From Ruminococcus sp. (GTDB lineage: Bacteria > Bacillota > Clostridia > Oscillospirales > Acutalibacteraceae), in NCBI GenBank assembly GCA_017395925.1, contig JAFQNJ010000043.1, forward strand, positions 18,486 to 82,485: DNA of 64,000 nt, in the 5' to 3' direction. The position numbers and the translations under genes were made by a program. This document shows positions 8,690 through 18,918 of the stretch, in pieces. The stretch's first letter is position 1; every line of letters begins with the position of its first letter. The notes under the pieces are model-generated. The model was not told where the DNA came from. It searched no databases and was given only the letters and a program-made list of their open reading frames with translations.

Positions 8690-11059
8690 TTATCCGCGGA
8701 GGGTGACGCCGATGGCGGAGAGGTTTGCGATAACCTTGTCCATAATCTCCTGAATCTCCTGTGAGGAGAGGGTTCTCTCGGTTGATGAGAATTCGAAGCG
8801 GATGGTGATGGAGTGAACTGTCTCGGTGTCGTAGGTGTCTACGATTCTGGTACCCTTGAGAAGTCCGCCTCCCTCATTCTTCCAGCACTCGGAGAGCTTC
8901 TCGAAGAACATTCCTGCAGGAATTTCAAGGCTGATATCATAGGTCATAGCAGGGAACTTTGAGGGCTCATCGTAAACAATAGCCTCTGTATTTGCTTCGG
9001 TGAAGAGCTCCATATCGATTTCTGCAAATACGACGTTTGCCTTCTTGTCGATTTTTTTGAGCACTACAGGGTGGAGAATACCCATTGAGCCTATCTCCTT
9101 GCCGTCAATACAAATTGCGTTGAGGTTTACGGGATGCTCATAGCTGTGGGCAGTTTCCTTTGATTTGAAGGTGAATTCGGTATGCTTGATGTTCAGAGCC
9201 ATAACTGCCAGAATGTCGCGGAGCTCTGTGTAGAGGGTCTTGATATCCTTTGTTTTGCTGAAAAGGGTTATTGCCAGTTTCTTTCTCTCGTTGCAGAGAC
9301 CGTTATCCTTGAGACCCTCCACAACTCTGCCTACCTCAAAGATACCAAAGTCGGGGCTGAAGGATGTGTTGGTCTTAACCTGACAGAGCTGTGTGGGGAT
9401 AATAGACTTTCTGATAGTTTCAATGTTGGGGTTGGTAGCATTCAAAAGCTTAACGTTTTCCTCAACATCAAGACCTAAATCCTTCATCTCGTCGTTGTAT
9501 GCCCATACATAGGAGTGGAGCTCGTGGAGTCCGAACTTCTTTACAAGCAGGTCCTTGATTCTGTCCTCGGCAGTCTTGATAGCTTCGGCGCGGACAGGAT
9601 AGAGGGGAGCTTTTGCTGTGTTGATATCGAAGTTGTCGTAGCCGTAGATACGGGTGATTTCCTCGATAATATCTGCCTTGATGGTAACATCCTTTGTGGC
9701 TCTCCAGGAGGGAACGGTAACAGAGAAGTTGTCGCCGTCGAGAGTTACCTCAAAGCCCAGATCGGTGAGGGTCTTAACGATGGTATCGTTTGAAATTTCA
9801 ATGCCTGTGTAGCGGTCAACGAAGTTTTTGTCGAAGTCGAGCTTGACAGTTTCGTATCTCTTGGCATACTCATCGGTGAGGGCTGATACTACCTGTGCCT
9901 CGGGGTTATATTTCTTCAAAAGATTAATAAATCTTGCGATGGCAAGAGTTGTCATCTCGGGGTCGAGACACTTCTCGTATCTCATGGAAGCGTCGGTTCG
10001 GTGAGCCAGACGAACGGTGGATTTGCGGATGGAAACCGCGTCGAAGGTGGCGGATTCCAGAGTAAGGGTGGTGGTGTCCTCAACGATTTCGGAGTCGAGA
10101 CCGCCCATGATACCTGCGATGGCAACGGGAGTGTTGTCGTTGCAGATCATCAGAGTGTTTTCGTCGATGTTTCTCTCTACGCCGTCCAGAGTTGTGAAAG
10201 TGAAGGGAGTATCAAAGCGTTTGATGCGGATTTTCTCCACCTTTCTGGAGTCGAATGCGTGCATAGGCTGGCCCACTTCGAGCATCAGGTAGTTGGTAAG
10301 GTCAGCGAGGAAGTTGATGCCTCTCATTCCGCAATAGAAAAGGCGGATTCGCATATTCACGGGGCTTATACTTCTGGTGATGTTCTCCACCTGCATACAG
10401 CTGTAACGCTGACAGAGGGGGTCTTCGATTTTCATATCAACCTTCTTGAGGTTGTCGTAAGCGGAGAGGTCCTCGCACTCAAGAGGCTTGAGCTTTCTGT
10501 CTGCAAGAGCGGCGAACTCTCTGGCAAAGCCGTAGTGGCTCCAGAGGTCGGGACGGTTGGTGAGGGACTTGTTATCTATCTCAAAGATGATGTCGTCGAT
10601 GGCGTATACATCCTTGATATCGGTGCCGTTCTTGACATCCTCGGTGATATCCATAATGCCGGAATGGTCGTCGCTGATACCAAGTTCTGCTTCGGAGCAG
10701 CACATACCAAAGGACTCAAAGCCTGCCAGAGGACGGGGAGCGATGGTGATTTCACCAAGCTGTGCGCCCACCTTGGCAAAGGCAGTCTTCATACCTACTC
10801 TTACATTGGGTGCACCGCAGACAACGTCGGTGAGTTTGCCGTCACCTGCGTCAACCTTGAGCAAGTGAAGTTTCTCTGACTTGGGATGGTCCTCGACAGA
10901 CATAATCTCTGCTACAACAACACCTGAAAGGTCAGAGCCTTTGAAGAAAATTTCATTTTCAACCTCTGCAGTGGAGAGGGAGAGCTTGTGGATAAGCTCC
11001 AGTTTATCAAGACCTGAAAGGTCTACGAAATCTTCAATCCAATTCATTGATAAAAACAT
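8690..11059 (-). CDS. pheT: Phenylalanine--tRNA ligase beta subunit
   Basis: VVCGAPNV tRNA-binding domain, NRPD, GQPMHAFD, DIIEEITRIYGY. Confidence 0.96.
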   Translation of the reverse strand: MFLSMNWIEDFVDLSGLDKLELIHKLSLSTAEVENEIFFKGSDLSGVVVAEIMSVEDHPKSEKLHLLKVDAGDGKLTDVVCGAPNVRVGMKTAFAKVGAQLGEITIAPRPLAGFESFGMCCSEAELGISDDHSGIMDITEDVKNGTDIKDVYAIDDIIFEIDNKSLTNRPDLWSHYGFAREFAALADRKLKPLECEDLSAYDNLKKVDMKIEDPLCQRYSCMQVENITRSISPVNMRIRLFYCGMRGINFLADLTNYLMLEVGQPMHAFDSRKVEKIRIKRFDTPFTFTTLDGVERNIDENTLMICNDNTPVAIAGIMGGLDSEIVEDTTTLTLESATFDAVSIRKSTVRLAHRTDASMRYEKCLDPEMTTLAIARFINLLKKYNPEAQVVSALTDEYAKRYETVKLDFDKNFVDRYTGIEISNDTIVKTLTDLGFEVTLDGDNFSVTVPSWRATKDVTIKADIIEEITRIYGYDNFDINTAKAPLYPVRAEAIKTAEDRIKDLLVKKFGLHELHSYVWAYNDEMKDLGLDVEENVKLLNATNPNIETIRKSIIPTQLCQVKTNTSFSPDFGIFEVGRVVEGLKDNGLCNERKKLAITLFSKTKDIKTLYTELRDILAVMALNIKHTEFTFKSKETAHSYEHPVNLNAICIDGKEIGSMGILHPVVLKKIDKKANVVFAEIDMELFTEANTEAIVYDEPSKFPAMTYDISLEIPAGMFFEKLSECWKNEGGGLLKGTRIVDTYDTETVHSITIRFEFSSTERTLSSQEIQEIMDKVIANLSAIGVTLRG

Positions 11060-11073
11060 ATTCTGCGCCCTCC

Positions 11074-12126
11074 TTATTCGTCGTCAGTAAACTGAGAAAG
11101 TGCCTTGAGACTTCCTGAGTTAAGGTTTCGGATATCCTTGACGCCGTACTTCATCATAGCAAGGCGTGTAAGACCCAGACCGAAAGCAAAACCTGTATAT
11201 TCCTCGGGGTCGATGCCGCCTTCGCGGAGTACATTGGGATGAATCATACCGCAGGGGCAAAGCTCCAGCCAACCGCTCTGTTTGCATGAGGGGCAACCCT
11301 CGCCACCACAGATAAGACAGCTGATGTCAAGCTCAAAGCCGGGCTCAACGAAGGGGAAGAAGCCGGGTCGCAGGCGGACCTTGATATCCTTACGGAATAC
11401 CTCGGAAAGCATAGTTTTCATAAAGTAAATAAGGTTGGAGATGGAGATATCCTTGTCAACCATAACGCCTTCCATCTGGAAGAATGTATTTTCGTGACAG
11501 GCATCGGTTGCCTCGTTTCTGAAACATCTGCCGGGGAAGATAGCCTTGATGGGCTTGCCTGTTTCCATAAGCTCCTTGCCGTACTTTTTGAGGATGGCAT
11601 TCTGGGCTGCTGATGTGTGGGATTTGAGAAGCTGACCGTTGTCAAGATAGTATGTGTCCTGCATATCGCGGGCAGGGTGATGCTTGGGAATGTTGAGAGC
11701 CTCAAAGCACTCGTAGTCGGTGACTATCTCGGGATAGTCGATAACAGCGAAGCCCATAGTCTTGAAGATGGTTTCGCACTGTCTCTGCACAAGGGTAATG
11801 GGATGGTAGGAGCCGCACTCGCAGGAGGAGGGGGTGGTGATGTCGATAAGAGGCATTGCGGCTATCTCGGCGGCAATCTCTTTTTCTCCCAGTTCCTTTA
11901 CTTTTTCTTCGATTTTCTGTGTGGTAAATTCTTTGAGCTGATTTACTTCAGCACCAAAGGTTTTTCTCTCCTCTGCGGAGAGGTCTTTCATACCCTTTAA
12001 GAGGGCGGTGATACTACCCTTTTTGCCAAGGTATGCTACTCTCAGGCTGTCAAGCTCTGTAAGGTCTGTGACTGCCGAGAGTTTTTCTGAAACTTCTGTT
12101 TGCAGTGAAATAATCTGTTCGTTCAT
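11074..12126 (-). CDS. pheS: Phenylalanine--tRNA ligase alpha subunit
   Basis: HPARDMQDT, FFQMEG, FPFVEP, GFAFGLG; start at MNEQ after RBS ggagg. Confidence 0.96.
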   Translation of the reverse strand: MNEQIISLQTEVSEKLSAVTDLTELDSLRVAYLGKKGSITALLKGMKDLSAEERKTFGAEVNQLKEFTTQKIEEKVKELGEKEIAAEIAAMPLIDITTPSSCECGSYHPITLVQRQCETIFKTMGFAVIDYPEIVTDYECFEALNIPKHHPARDMQDTYYLDNGQLLKSHTSAAQNAILKKYGKELMETGKPIKAIFPGRCFRNEATDACHENTFFQMEGVMVDKDISISNLIYFMKTMLSEVFRKDIKVRLRPGFFPFVEPGFELDISCLICGGEGCPSCKQSGWLELCPCGMIHPNVLREGGIDPEEYTGFAFGLGLTRLAMMKYGVKDIRNLNSGSLKALSQFTDDE

Positions 12127-12139
12127 AAAAACCTCCGTA

Positions 12140-12397
12140 TAAAATAAAAATCGCCCATGCGTAAAACCTACGCAGGGACGAATAAAATCCGCGGTACCAC
12201 CCTGTTTTTTGCATCGTAAAAGAAGCAAACACTCCTTCGGCCGATAACGGTGCCTGCCGTCGGGACCTACTGTATTTTTCAGCCTCGCCGCTCAGAAGGG
12301 AACTTCACATACTCATACACAGCAGGTCGCTTTCAGCCGCGGCAACCCGTCTCTTTGCAGTGTAGTGGGGAGCAGTTACTTCCTCCGTCAACGCGTT
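12140..12397 (-). ncRNA. T-box riboswitch (Phe) in the pheST leader
   Basis: Minus strand has AGUA, AGAGA and GGCUGAA stem I motifs, specifier GAAG-UUC (Phe codon), T-box AGGGUGGUACCGCG at 12189-12203 and a downstream terminator. Confidence 0.92.
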
Positions 12398-12505
12398 ATG
12401 CATAACATTTTATCACTAAATTATGAATTTGGCAAGTGTTTTGTTGAAAAAACAAACAGGGTATGATATAATGTGAAACAGAATATTATAGGTTAGGTGA
12501 TATTT

Positions 12506-13042
12506 ATGGATTCATTCTGCGAACAGGTTGTTAAGCGTAAATTCGGTGCTAAACAGAAAATAATCCTTGGCGTTGTTATAGCACTTTTTGCTTTTTTGGA
12601 ATTATTCGTTATTTCCATATATCTCTTTGCACCCTCGCCCTTCTGGATTATTGTAACTTTCTCGGTGGCTGTAATCGCTGTTGCTGCAGTGCTTTTTGTT
12701 TACTCCAGAATCAGGGATGTGGAGTATGATTATTCTGTGGCAGGCAACACTCTCTATATTGACAAGGTTACAAATAAGAGCAGACGCAAGAAGTGTGTGA
12801 GAGCAGAAATCGGTGCCATTGAGGATATGGGCAAGATTGAAAACGGAAATATTCCTGAGGGAAGATATGCTGTTAAAAAGAATCTCTCCGCAGGAAACGG
12901 TGAGGGTGACTATTACTGCATTTACCGCGAGGCTAATAAAGGACGAGGTCTGCTTATCTTCACTCCCAATCAGAAGATTATCGACGGAATGAAGCACTCT
13001 CTCAGCAGAGAGCTGGTTGTTAAGCTTTTTTACAAAAAGTAA
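12506..13042 (+). CDS. Membrane protein, DUF6106-like
   Basis: EQVVKRK, two TMs, VEYDYS...IDKV.NK.RRK, PN motif. Confidence 0.7.
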   Translation: MDSFCEQVVKRKFGAKQKIILGVVIALFAFLELFVISIYLFAPSPFWIIVTFSVAVIAVAAVLFVYSRIRDVEYDYSVAGNTLYIDKVTNKSRRKKCVRAEIGAIEDMGKIENGNIPEGRYAVKKNLSAGNGEGDYYCIYREANKGRGLLIFTPNQKIIDGMKHSLSRELVVKLFYKK

Positions 13043-13060
13043 CCTCTCAAGGTGATTTAT

Positions 13061-13930
13061 ATGAAGGTAATTGATAAGGATACTGTTAAGTCAATTATGC
13101 CGAAACGCTCTGCCGACGCTAATAAATACAGCGTCGGCTCTCTGTTATGTGTAGTCGGAAGCAGAGGCTTTGCAGGGGCGGCAGTCATGGCTCTGAGGGC
13201 GGCATACCGCACAGGTGCAGGTCTTGTGAGATGCGCACTTCCCGAGAGCATTTATCCCATTGTGTCGGCGGCTGTGCCCGAGGCTGTGTTTGCGGTTTTT
13301 CCCGACAGTCAAAGCGGCACTTTGCCCGAGAGTGCGGCAAAGGATATTCTGGCACTTTCGAAGAAGTGTGATGCTGTGCTTGCGGGATGTGGCATGGGAC
13401 TTTGCCCTGATACGGAGAGCATAGTTTGCTCATTGCTTGAATACTGCGAAGTACCCCTTGTGTTGGATGCGGATGGCATAAACGCGGCGGCAAAGCATAT
13501 AGATGTATTAAATAAAAGAGAATTTCCCACTGTGCTGACTCCCCACGAGGGAGAGATGCACAGACTCACAGGTGTTCCGAGTAAAATTATCAGAGAAAAC
13601 CGAGTAGAGTGTGCGGAAAAATTTACTGAGTCTGTGGCATCTGTGCTGGTACTCAAGGGTAAGGACACCCTGGTGGCGGCGGATGGAAACTGCTGTGTAA
13701 ACCCTACAGGCAACCCCGGAATGGCGGTGGCAGGGTCGGGGGATGTTCTGGCAGGAATGCTCGCTTCCTTAATTGCTCAAGGAGTTAAACCTTTCGAAGC
13801 TGCAGAGGCGGCGGTGTACCTCCACGGACTTGCAGGGGATATTGCAAAGGATGAACTTACCGAGTATTCGATGCTCCCGACGGACATTATAGAGAGAATA
13901 CCTTTTGCTATAAAAAACGTTTTGGCTTAA
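13061..13930 (+). CDS. nnrD: ADP-dependent NAD(P)H-hydrate dehydratase
   Basis: GAA.MA..AA.R.GAGLV, VLDADG, LTPHEGE, AGSGDVLAG. Confidence 0.92.
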   Translation: MKVIDKDTVKSIMPKRSADANKYSVGSLLCVVGSRGFAGAAVMALRAAYRTGAGLVRCALPESIYPIVSAAVPEAVFAVFPDSQSGTLPESAAKDILALSKKCDAVLAGCGMGLCPDTESIVCSLLEYCEVPLVLDADGINAAAKHIDVLNKREFPTVLTPHEGEMHRLTGVPSKIIRENRVECAEKFTESVASVLVLKGKDTLVAADGNCCVNPTGNPGMAVAGSGDVLAGMLASLIAQGVKPFEAAEAAVYLHGLAGDIAKDELTEYSMLPTDIIERIPFAIKNVLA

Positions 13931-13975
13931 TAAACTACAGGAAGTGAAAAGTATCAAACAATGTGAGGCTTTTTT

Positions 13976-14476
13976 GTGAAGCGGATATTTTTGATATTTT
14001 GTGTGCTGACAATGGTGCTTGTTAGCGGATGTGCAGAAAAGACACCGCCTGAACCCATACTTGATTTCAGTGCAAGAATTACTGTGGATAAGGCCGCTTT
14101 TTCGGAGGAATTCTCCGTAGAGGCGGATATAACCTCTACCATGCAGGGGGCAGTTTCCATCAGAATAACTACCCCTGATGAGATTGCTCCGCTTTGCTAT
14201 AAATGGGGAGAGAGTTTTGATATTTCTCTCTATGAATACACCTGCCGCACAAATGCGGGATATCTGCCGCCCACAAGCTTTGCAGAGGGGATTTACTCGG
14301 CGCTTTACTATCTGGCAAGAAATGGAGAGTGTGTCTCATTCAGAAGCGGTGAAGCTGTGTTTGAGGGAGTGTGCCGAAGCGGCAGATACAGGGTGACTAC
14401 TGACGGGGATGGAGTTATCAAAACTATTGTGGTAGATGAAATTAACCTCTGTGTGCAATTTGAATATTCCAAATAA
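13976..14476 (+). CDS. Putative lipoprotein
   Basis: Signal peptide with lipobox VSGC. Confidence 0.6.
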   Translation: MKRIFLIFCVLTMVLVSGCAEKTPPEPILDFSARITVDKAAFSEEFSVEADITSTMQGAVSIRITTPDEIAPLCYKWGESFDISLYEYTCRTNAGYLPPTSFAEGIYSALYYLARNGECVSFRSGEAVFEGVCRSGRYRVTTDGDGVIKTIVVDEINLCVQFEYSK

Positions 14477-14494
14477 GAATAATGAGAGTATATA

Positions 14495-14523
14495 AAAAAC
14501 CGAGCCAAAGAGGCTCGGTTTTT
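14495..14523. terminator. Bidirectional terminator
   Basis: aaaaaccgagcc-aaaga-ggctcggttttt. Confidence 0.85.
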
Positions 14524-14544
14524 GATTTGGTATAGAGTTTTGAT

Positions 14545-15609
14545 TTATTCAGCAAGAACGTCGATGAACTTCTCCTGCATATAGTTGTATACTTCCTCGG
14601 AAAGATTTGCGAAGGTGTAACACTTGTCGAGATACTCCTGAGGAGGATAGATGAGTTCGTTCTGCTTCATTTCCTCGGGGAGAATGTCGAATGCGGCCTT
14701 GTTGGGCGTGGAGTAGCCGATGTACTCTGCGTTTGCTTTGGCAACCTCTGCTTCAAGCATAAAGTTGATGAACTTCTCGGCGCCGTCTTTGTTCTTTGCA
14801 CAGGTGGGGATACACATTGAGTCAACGAAGAGGTTGGAGCCTTCCTCGGGGAGGCAGTATGCAAGGTCCTCGTTGTTTGACATCATTGTGTAGATGTCGC
14901 CTGCATAGTAGGGAGCAATGGCTGCCTGAGAGCCCTCCAGCTCGGAGAACACCATATCCATAACGTATTTCTTAACGAGAGGCTTCTGCTCAAGGAGCTT
15001 GTCGTAAGCCTTGTCGATATCTTCCTTGGTAGCGTTGGTGGGGTTGCCGCCTGTGAGCTGCATTGCAATAGCCATTGCATCACGGCTGTTGTTGAACATC
15101 AGGATGTTGCCGCTAAGGTCCTCTCTCCACAAATCAGAGAAGCCTTTTATCTCACCGTTTACCATGGATTTGTTGTATCCCAGTGCAACTACGCCCCAGC
15201 TGTAGGGAACAGAATACTTGTTCTCGGGGTCAAAGTCCATACCCTTGTATTCATCCATAACATTCTTGTAGTTGGGGATGTTGTCAAAGTTGATCTCCTG
15301 TACAAGACCCTCTGCGATAAGCTTCTCAACCATATAGTCCGAGGGAATGATTACATCGTAGCTGGAGTTGGAAGAGCTTAAGATGTTGTAGAGAGTTTCG
15401 TTGGTTTCGTAGGTTGTGTAGTTAACTTTGATGTTGTACTTTGCTTCGAATTCGGCGATAACGTTCATTGAACCGTCGGTGCCGTCGCTGATGAACTCAC
15501 CCCAGTTGTATACGTTGATTTCGCCGTCGTACTGTTTGCAGCCTGTAAGGGTGACACTGCAGCCGATTACAAGCAGGCATACCATTAATAAACATATGAT
15601 TTTTTTCAT
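14545..15609 (-). CDS. potD: Spermidine/putrescine ABC transporter substrate-binding lipoprotein
   Basis: VYNWGEFI, YDVIIPSDYM, YSVPYSWG, PEEGSNLFVD. Confidence 0.93.
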   Translation of the reverse strand: MKKIICLLMVCLLVIGCSVTLTGCKQYDGEINVYNWGEFISDGTDGSMNVIAEFEAKYNIKVNYTTYETNETLYNILSSSNSSYDVIIPSDYMVEKLIAEGLVQEINFDNIPNYKNVMDEYKGMDFDPENKYSVPYSWGVVALGYNKSMVNGEIKGFSDLWREDLSGNILMFNNSRDAMAIAMQLTGGNPTNATKEDIDKAYDKLLEQKPLVKKYVMDMVFSELEGSQAAIAPYYAGDIYTMMSNNEDLAYCLPEEGSNLFVDSMCIPTCAKNKDGAEKFINFMLEAEVAKANAEYIGYSTPNKAAFDILPEEMKQNELIYPPQEYLDKCYTFANLSEEVYNYMQEKFIDVLAE

Positions 15610-15623
15610 TTATCTATCTCCTT

Positions 15624-16424
15624 TTATTTTTTGTCGCTTTTAGAAGCTCTCAGATCGCGGATATTAGTCACAAGAAGTACCGTGATAATAACTACGAAAA
15701 GCATTGTTGAGAGAGCACTGATTTTGGGATAAACAGGTCGTCTGAGACTGTTGTAGATTACAATGGGCATTGTCTGGAACTGGGGACCGCAGGTGAAGTA
15801 GGAAATAACAAAGTCGTCCAGAGAGTAGGTGAAGCTTATGAGGAAACCCGAAATAATGCCGGGGAGAAGCTCAAAGAGCACTACCTTGAAAAATGCCTGC
15901 CATTGATTACAGCCAAGGTCCAGAGCCGCTTCGTAGATATGCTTATCCATCTGTCGGAGTTTGGGGGAGACAGAGAGGATGACATAGGGTGTGCAGAAGC
16001 CGATGTGGGCAAGAAGCACAGTGATAAATCCCATCTCGAAATTGAAAATTGTGCCCAGAAATGTGAAGAACAGCATCAGAGAGAAGCCTGTGACGATTTC
16101 GGGATTTATGATGGGAATATTGGAAACGGTCTGAAAAATCCTTCTGGGAGCACCTCTGAAGTTATACATACCGATGGAAGCAACTGTTCCCAGAATGGTA
16201 GAAAAAAGTGCGGACAGAGAGGCGATAAGCAGAGAATTGCGAAGACTCTGCATCAGCATCCTGTCTCGGAAAACCTCGCCGTACCATCTGAAAGTGAATC
16301 CGTCAAGATTGGTGGCGGAGTTTGCATCGTTGAAGGAAAGTACCACAAACACCGTAATGGGTGCATAGAGGAACATAAAAATGAGGAGCATATAGAGTTT
16401 GCTGGGAAGATGAAGCTTTTTCAT
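15624..16424 (-). CDS. potC: Polyamine ABC permease
   Basis: EAALDLG loop, FTYSLDDF. Confidence 0.92.
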   Translation of the reverse strand: MKKLHLPSKLYMLLIFMFLYAPITVFVVLSFNDANSATNLDGFTFRWYGEVFRDRMLMQSLRNSLLIASLSALFSTILGTVASIGMYNFRGAPRRIFQTVSNIPIINPEIVTGFSLMLFFTFLGTIFNFEMGFITVLLAHIGFCTPYVILSVSPKLRQMDKHIYEAALDLGCNQWQAFFKVVLFELLPGIISGFLISFTYSLDDFVISYFTCGPQFQTMPIVIYNSLRRPVYPKISALSTMLFVVIITVLLVTNIRDLRASKSDKK

Positions 16425-17212
16425 ACGCCAACCGCCTCCTCATCTCCGAATTGATTGGTGATGACAATAAATATCAGGATTATTATCATCAGACAAAGAG
16501 CAAGGGCTGAACCTACGTTCTGATTGGAACGGAAGGTTTCTTCGATGATATCACCTATCATCTTTTTGTTTCCTCCCAGATACTGGGCTACAAGGAAGGT
16601 ACTTGCAGAGGGGACAAACACCATGGTAATGCCCGACACAATTCCCGGTATGGACAGGGGGAAGACAACCTTACTGAATACCTTGAAGCTGTTTGAGCCC
16701 AGGTCCTGAGCCGCTTCGATAAGATTTTTGTCGATTTTACTCATAACGGTATGAAGCGGCATAATCATAAAGGGAAGATATTCATATACCATACCCAGAA
16801 TTACCGCACCGTCATTATCTTTGAGCTTGACGTTGATTCCCACAAAGGAGAGCACCGTGTCAATGGGACCGCCGTCGGAGAGGAGAATTACCCATCCGAG
16901 AAGACGGAGCAGGAAGTTCATCCACATAGGGACGGTGATGAGCATAATGATGATGCTCTGTGCTTTCTCGCTCATACGGGAAATCATATAGCTCATGGGA
17001 TATGCAAGCAGAAGGCATATCAGAGTGGATACAAAGGCGATTTCCAGCGAATAGAGGAAAACCTCTCTGTATTCCCATGCTTTGCTGATGTTTGAAAGGG
17101 TGAAGTTTCCGCTCTTGTCCTGAAAAGAGTTGGTGATTATCAGCACCAACGGCACAAGGGTGAAGACTGCCATCCACACAGCATAGGGGAGAGCTAACTT
17201 CTTAGATTTCAT
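16421..17212 (-). CDS. potB: Polyamine ABC permease
   Basis: [16 protein letters not shown]. Confidence 0.92.
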   Translation of the reverse strand: MKSKKLALPYAVWMAVFTLVPLVLIITNSFQDKSGNFTLSNISKAWEYREVFLYSLEIAFVSTLICLLLAYPMSYMISRMSEKAQSIIIMLITVPMWMNFLLRLLGWVILLSDGGPIDTVLSFVGINVKLKDNDGAVILGMVYEYLPFMIMPLHTVMSKIDKNLIEAAQDLGSNSFKVFSKVVFPLSIPGIVSGITMVFVPSASTFLVAQYLGGNKKMIGDIIEETFRSNQNVGSALALCLMIIILIFIVITNQFGDEEAVGV

Positions 17213-18623
17213 CTTTTTCCTCCCCGGGGGTATCTGCTACAGTAATGCGGGCTCCACCGAAATTGAAGCAGACAGGTGCATAGGTTGCAACCTGCTCATC
17301 CTGCTCGCTGTGCATAATCCATTTTCTCTCGTCGGATTCAATGATGATTTCGTTGTACTCACCTTTCCAGATAACCGATTCGATATAAACGTCTGTAAGG
17401 TCGCCCTCGTCCTCGCCCGCAAAGCTGATGCCTGTGGGGGGCAGGACGATATCAAGGACAGTGTCCTTGGGATAGCACATACCGTCAAGGGTGAAATCTC
17501 TGCCCTCGATGGTGATGGTGGATGTGTTTTTCTCCTCGTCGCTGTCGGTGACAACAGCAGAAAACTCGTTCTCTGCTGTGGGGAAGAGCTTGTTCATAAT
17601 ATGTATATTATAGGGAGTTACTCGCATACCGATTTCTTTGCCTACATCCTGACTTACGGTAGAGTGAATGAGAATTGTGCAGTTCTTGCACTTAACCTCC
17701 ATCTCGTAGTGAACACCCTTGAATACAGAGTTGACTACCTTGCCGGTTATGGTGCCTTCTTCGGGAGAGACAACCTCAATATCCTCGGGACGGATGACAA
17801 CATCCACAGGCTTGTTTTTGCCGAAGCCTGCATCCTCACACTCGAAGACTGTGCCGAGAATCTTGACCTTGTAATCATCTACCATTGTCGCATTGAGGAT
17901 ATTTGCCTCGCCGATAAAGTCTGCAACGAAAGCATTTGCAGGCTCATTGTAGATATCAATGGGAGAGCCTATCTGTTCGATAACGCCGTTGTTCATAACT
18001 GCAACGCGGTCGCTCATTGTGAGAGCTTCCTCCTGATCGTGGGTGACGTAGACAAAGGTCTTCTTTGTCATTTTCTGAATTCTCTTGAGTTCAATCTGCA
18101 TATCCTTACGCAGTTTGAGGTCCAGAGCACCCAGAGGCTCATCCAGAAGGAGAATGTCGGGGTCACACACAAGGGCACGGGCAATGGCAACTCGTTGCTG
18201 CTGACCGCCCGAGAGTTTTGTGATAGAGCGCTTTTCGTAGCCTTTGAGGTCTACTATAGAGAGCATCTGTGTGACTTTTTTCTTTATTTCAGCCTTGGGA
18301 AGCTTCTTGAGCTTCAGTCCGAAGGCAACATTGTCGAATACATTAAGATGAGGAAAGAGAGCGTACTTCTGAAAAACGGTGTTGACGTTTCTCTTGTGGG
18401 GAGGCATACCGTTGATACGCTCGCCGTCGTAGAAAACATCGCCTTCGTGAGGCTCCAGAAAACCGCCTATTATCCTGAGTGTAGTGGTTTTTCCGCATCC
18501 GGAAGGACCAAGCAGAGTTATAAACTCCTTGTCCATAATGTCCAGTGAGATATTATTGAGTATTACTTCGCCGTCAAATTTGACGTTGATATTCTTGAGT
18601 GAAACAATAGCTTTCTGTTCCAA
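17202..18623 (-). CDS. potA: Polyamine ABC ATP-binding protein with C-terminal extension
   Basis: [25 protein letters not shown]; probable TTG start. Confidence 0.93.
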   Translation of the reverse strand: MEQKAIVSLKNINVKFDGEVILNNISLDIMDKEFITLLGPSGCGKTTTLRIIGGFLEPHEGDVFYDGERINGMPPHKRNVNTVFQKYALFPHLNVFDNVAFGLKLKKLPKAEIKKKVTQMLSIVDLKGYEKRSITKLSGGQQQRVAIARALVCDPDILLLDEPLGALDLKLRKDMQIELKRIQKMTKKTFVYVTHDQEEALTMSDRVAVMNNGVIEQIGSPIDIYNEPANAFVADFIGEANILNATMVDDYKVKILGTVFECEDAGFGKNKPVDVVIRPEDIEVVSPEEGTITGKVVNSVFKGVHYEMEVKCKNCTILIHSTVSQDVGKEIGMRVTPYNIHIMNKLFPTAENEFSAVVTDSDEEKNTSTITIEGRDFTLDGMCYPKDTVLDIVLPPTGISFAGEDEGDLTDVYIESVIWKGEYNEIIIESDERKWIMHSEQDEQVATYAPVCFNFGGARITVADTPGEEKDEI

Positions 18624-18918
18624 AAAACAACACCCCCGTTTCAAATTTACAGACTAAACGTCCAATGTAAGATTATATATATATTCTGTCAATTTGTCAA
18701 TGCGTTTTGCCGTACTAAAGTGTAAATTGTCGCAGTGTACAGAATAAGCGAGGAATAACAGAATATCGGGGAGAACAGCAGCGGGTATCTATACCATAGA
18801 CATAATGATAAAAAAAATGCCATATTTTTGTATATTTAGCACCTTGCTATTGCAGGAATGTTTTTGATATAATGTAAACTGTAGGAATATTTAAATTTAC
18901 ATGAAAGGAATGTTTGAT

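Noticed and set aside
12127-12228. N-terminal extension of PheS in the ORF track
   Set aside because: It overlaps the T-box antiterminator/terminator; the real start is the RBS-preceded ATG at 12126.
17310-18548. Long antisense ORFs (also 10001-10879, 19378-20277, 26386-27381, 62113-62994)
   Set aside because: Shadows of well-supported genes on the opposite strand, with no recognisable motifs.
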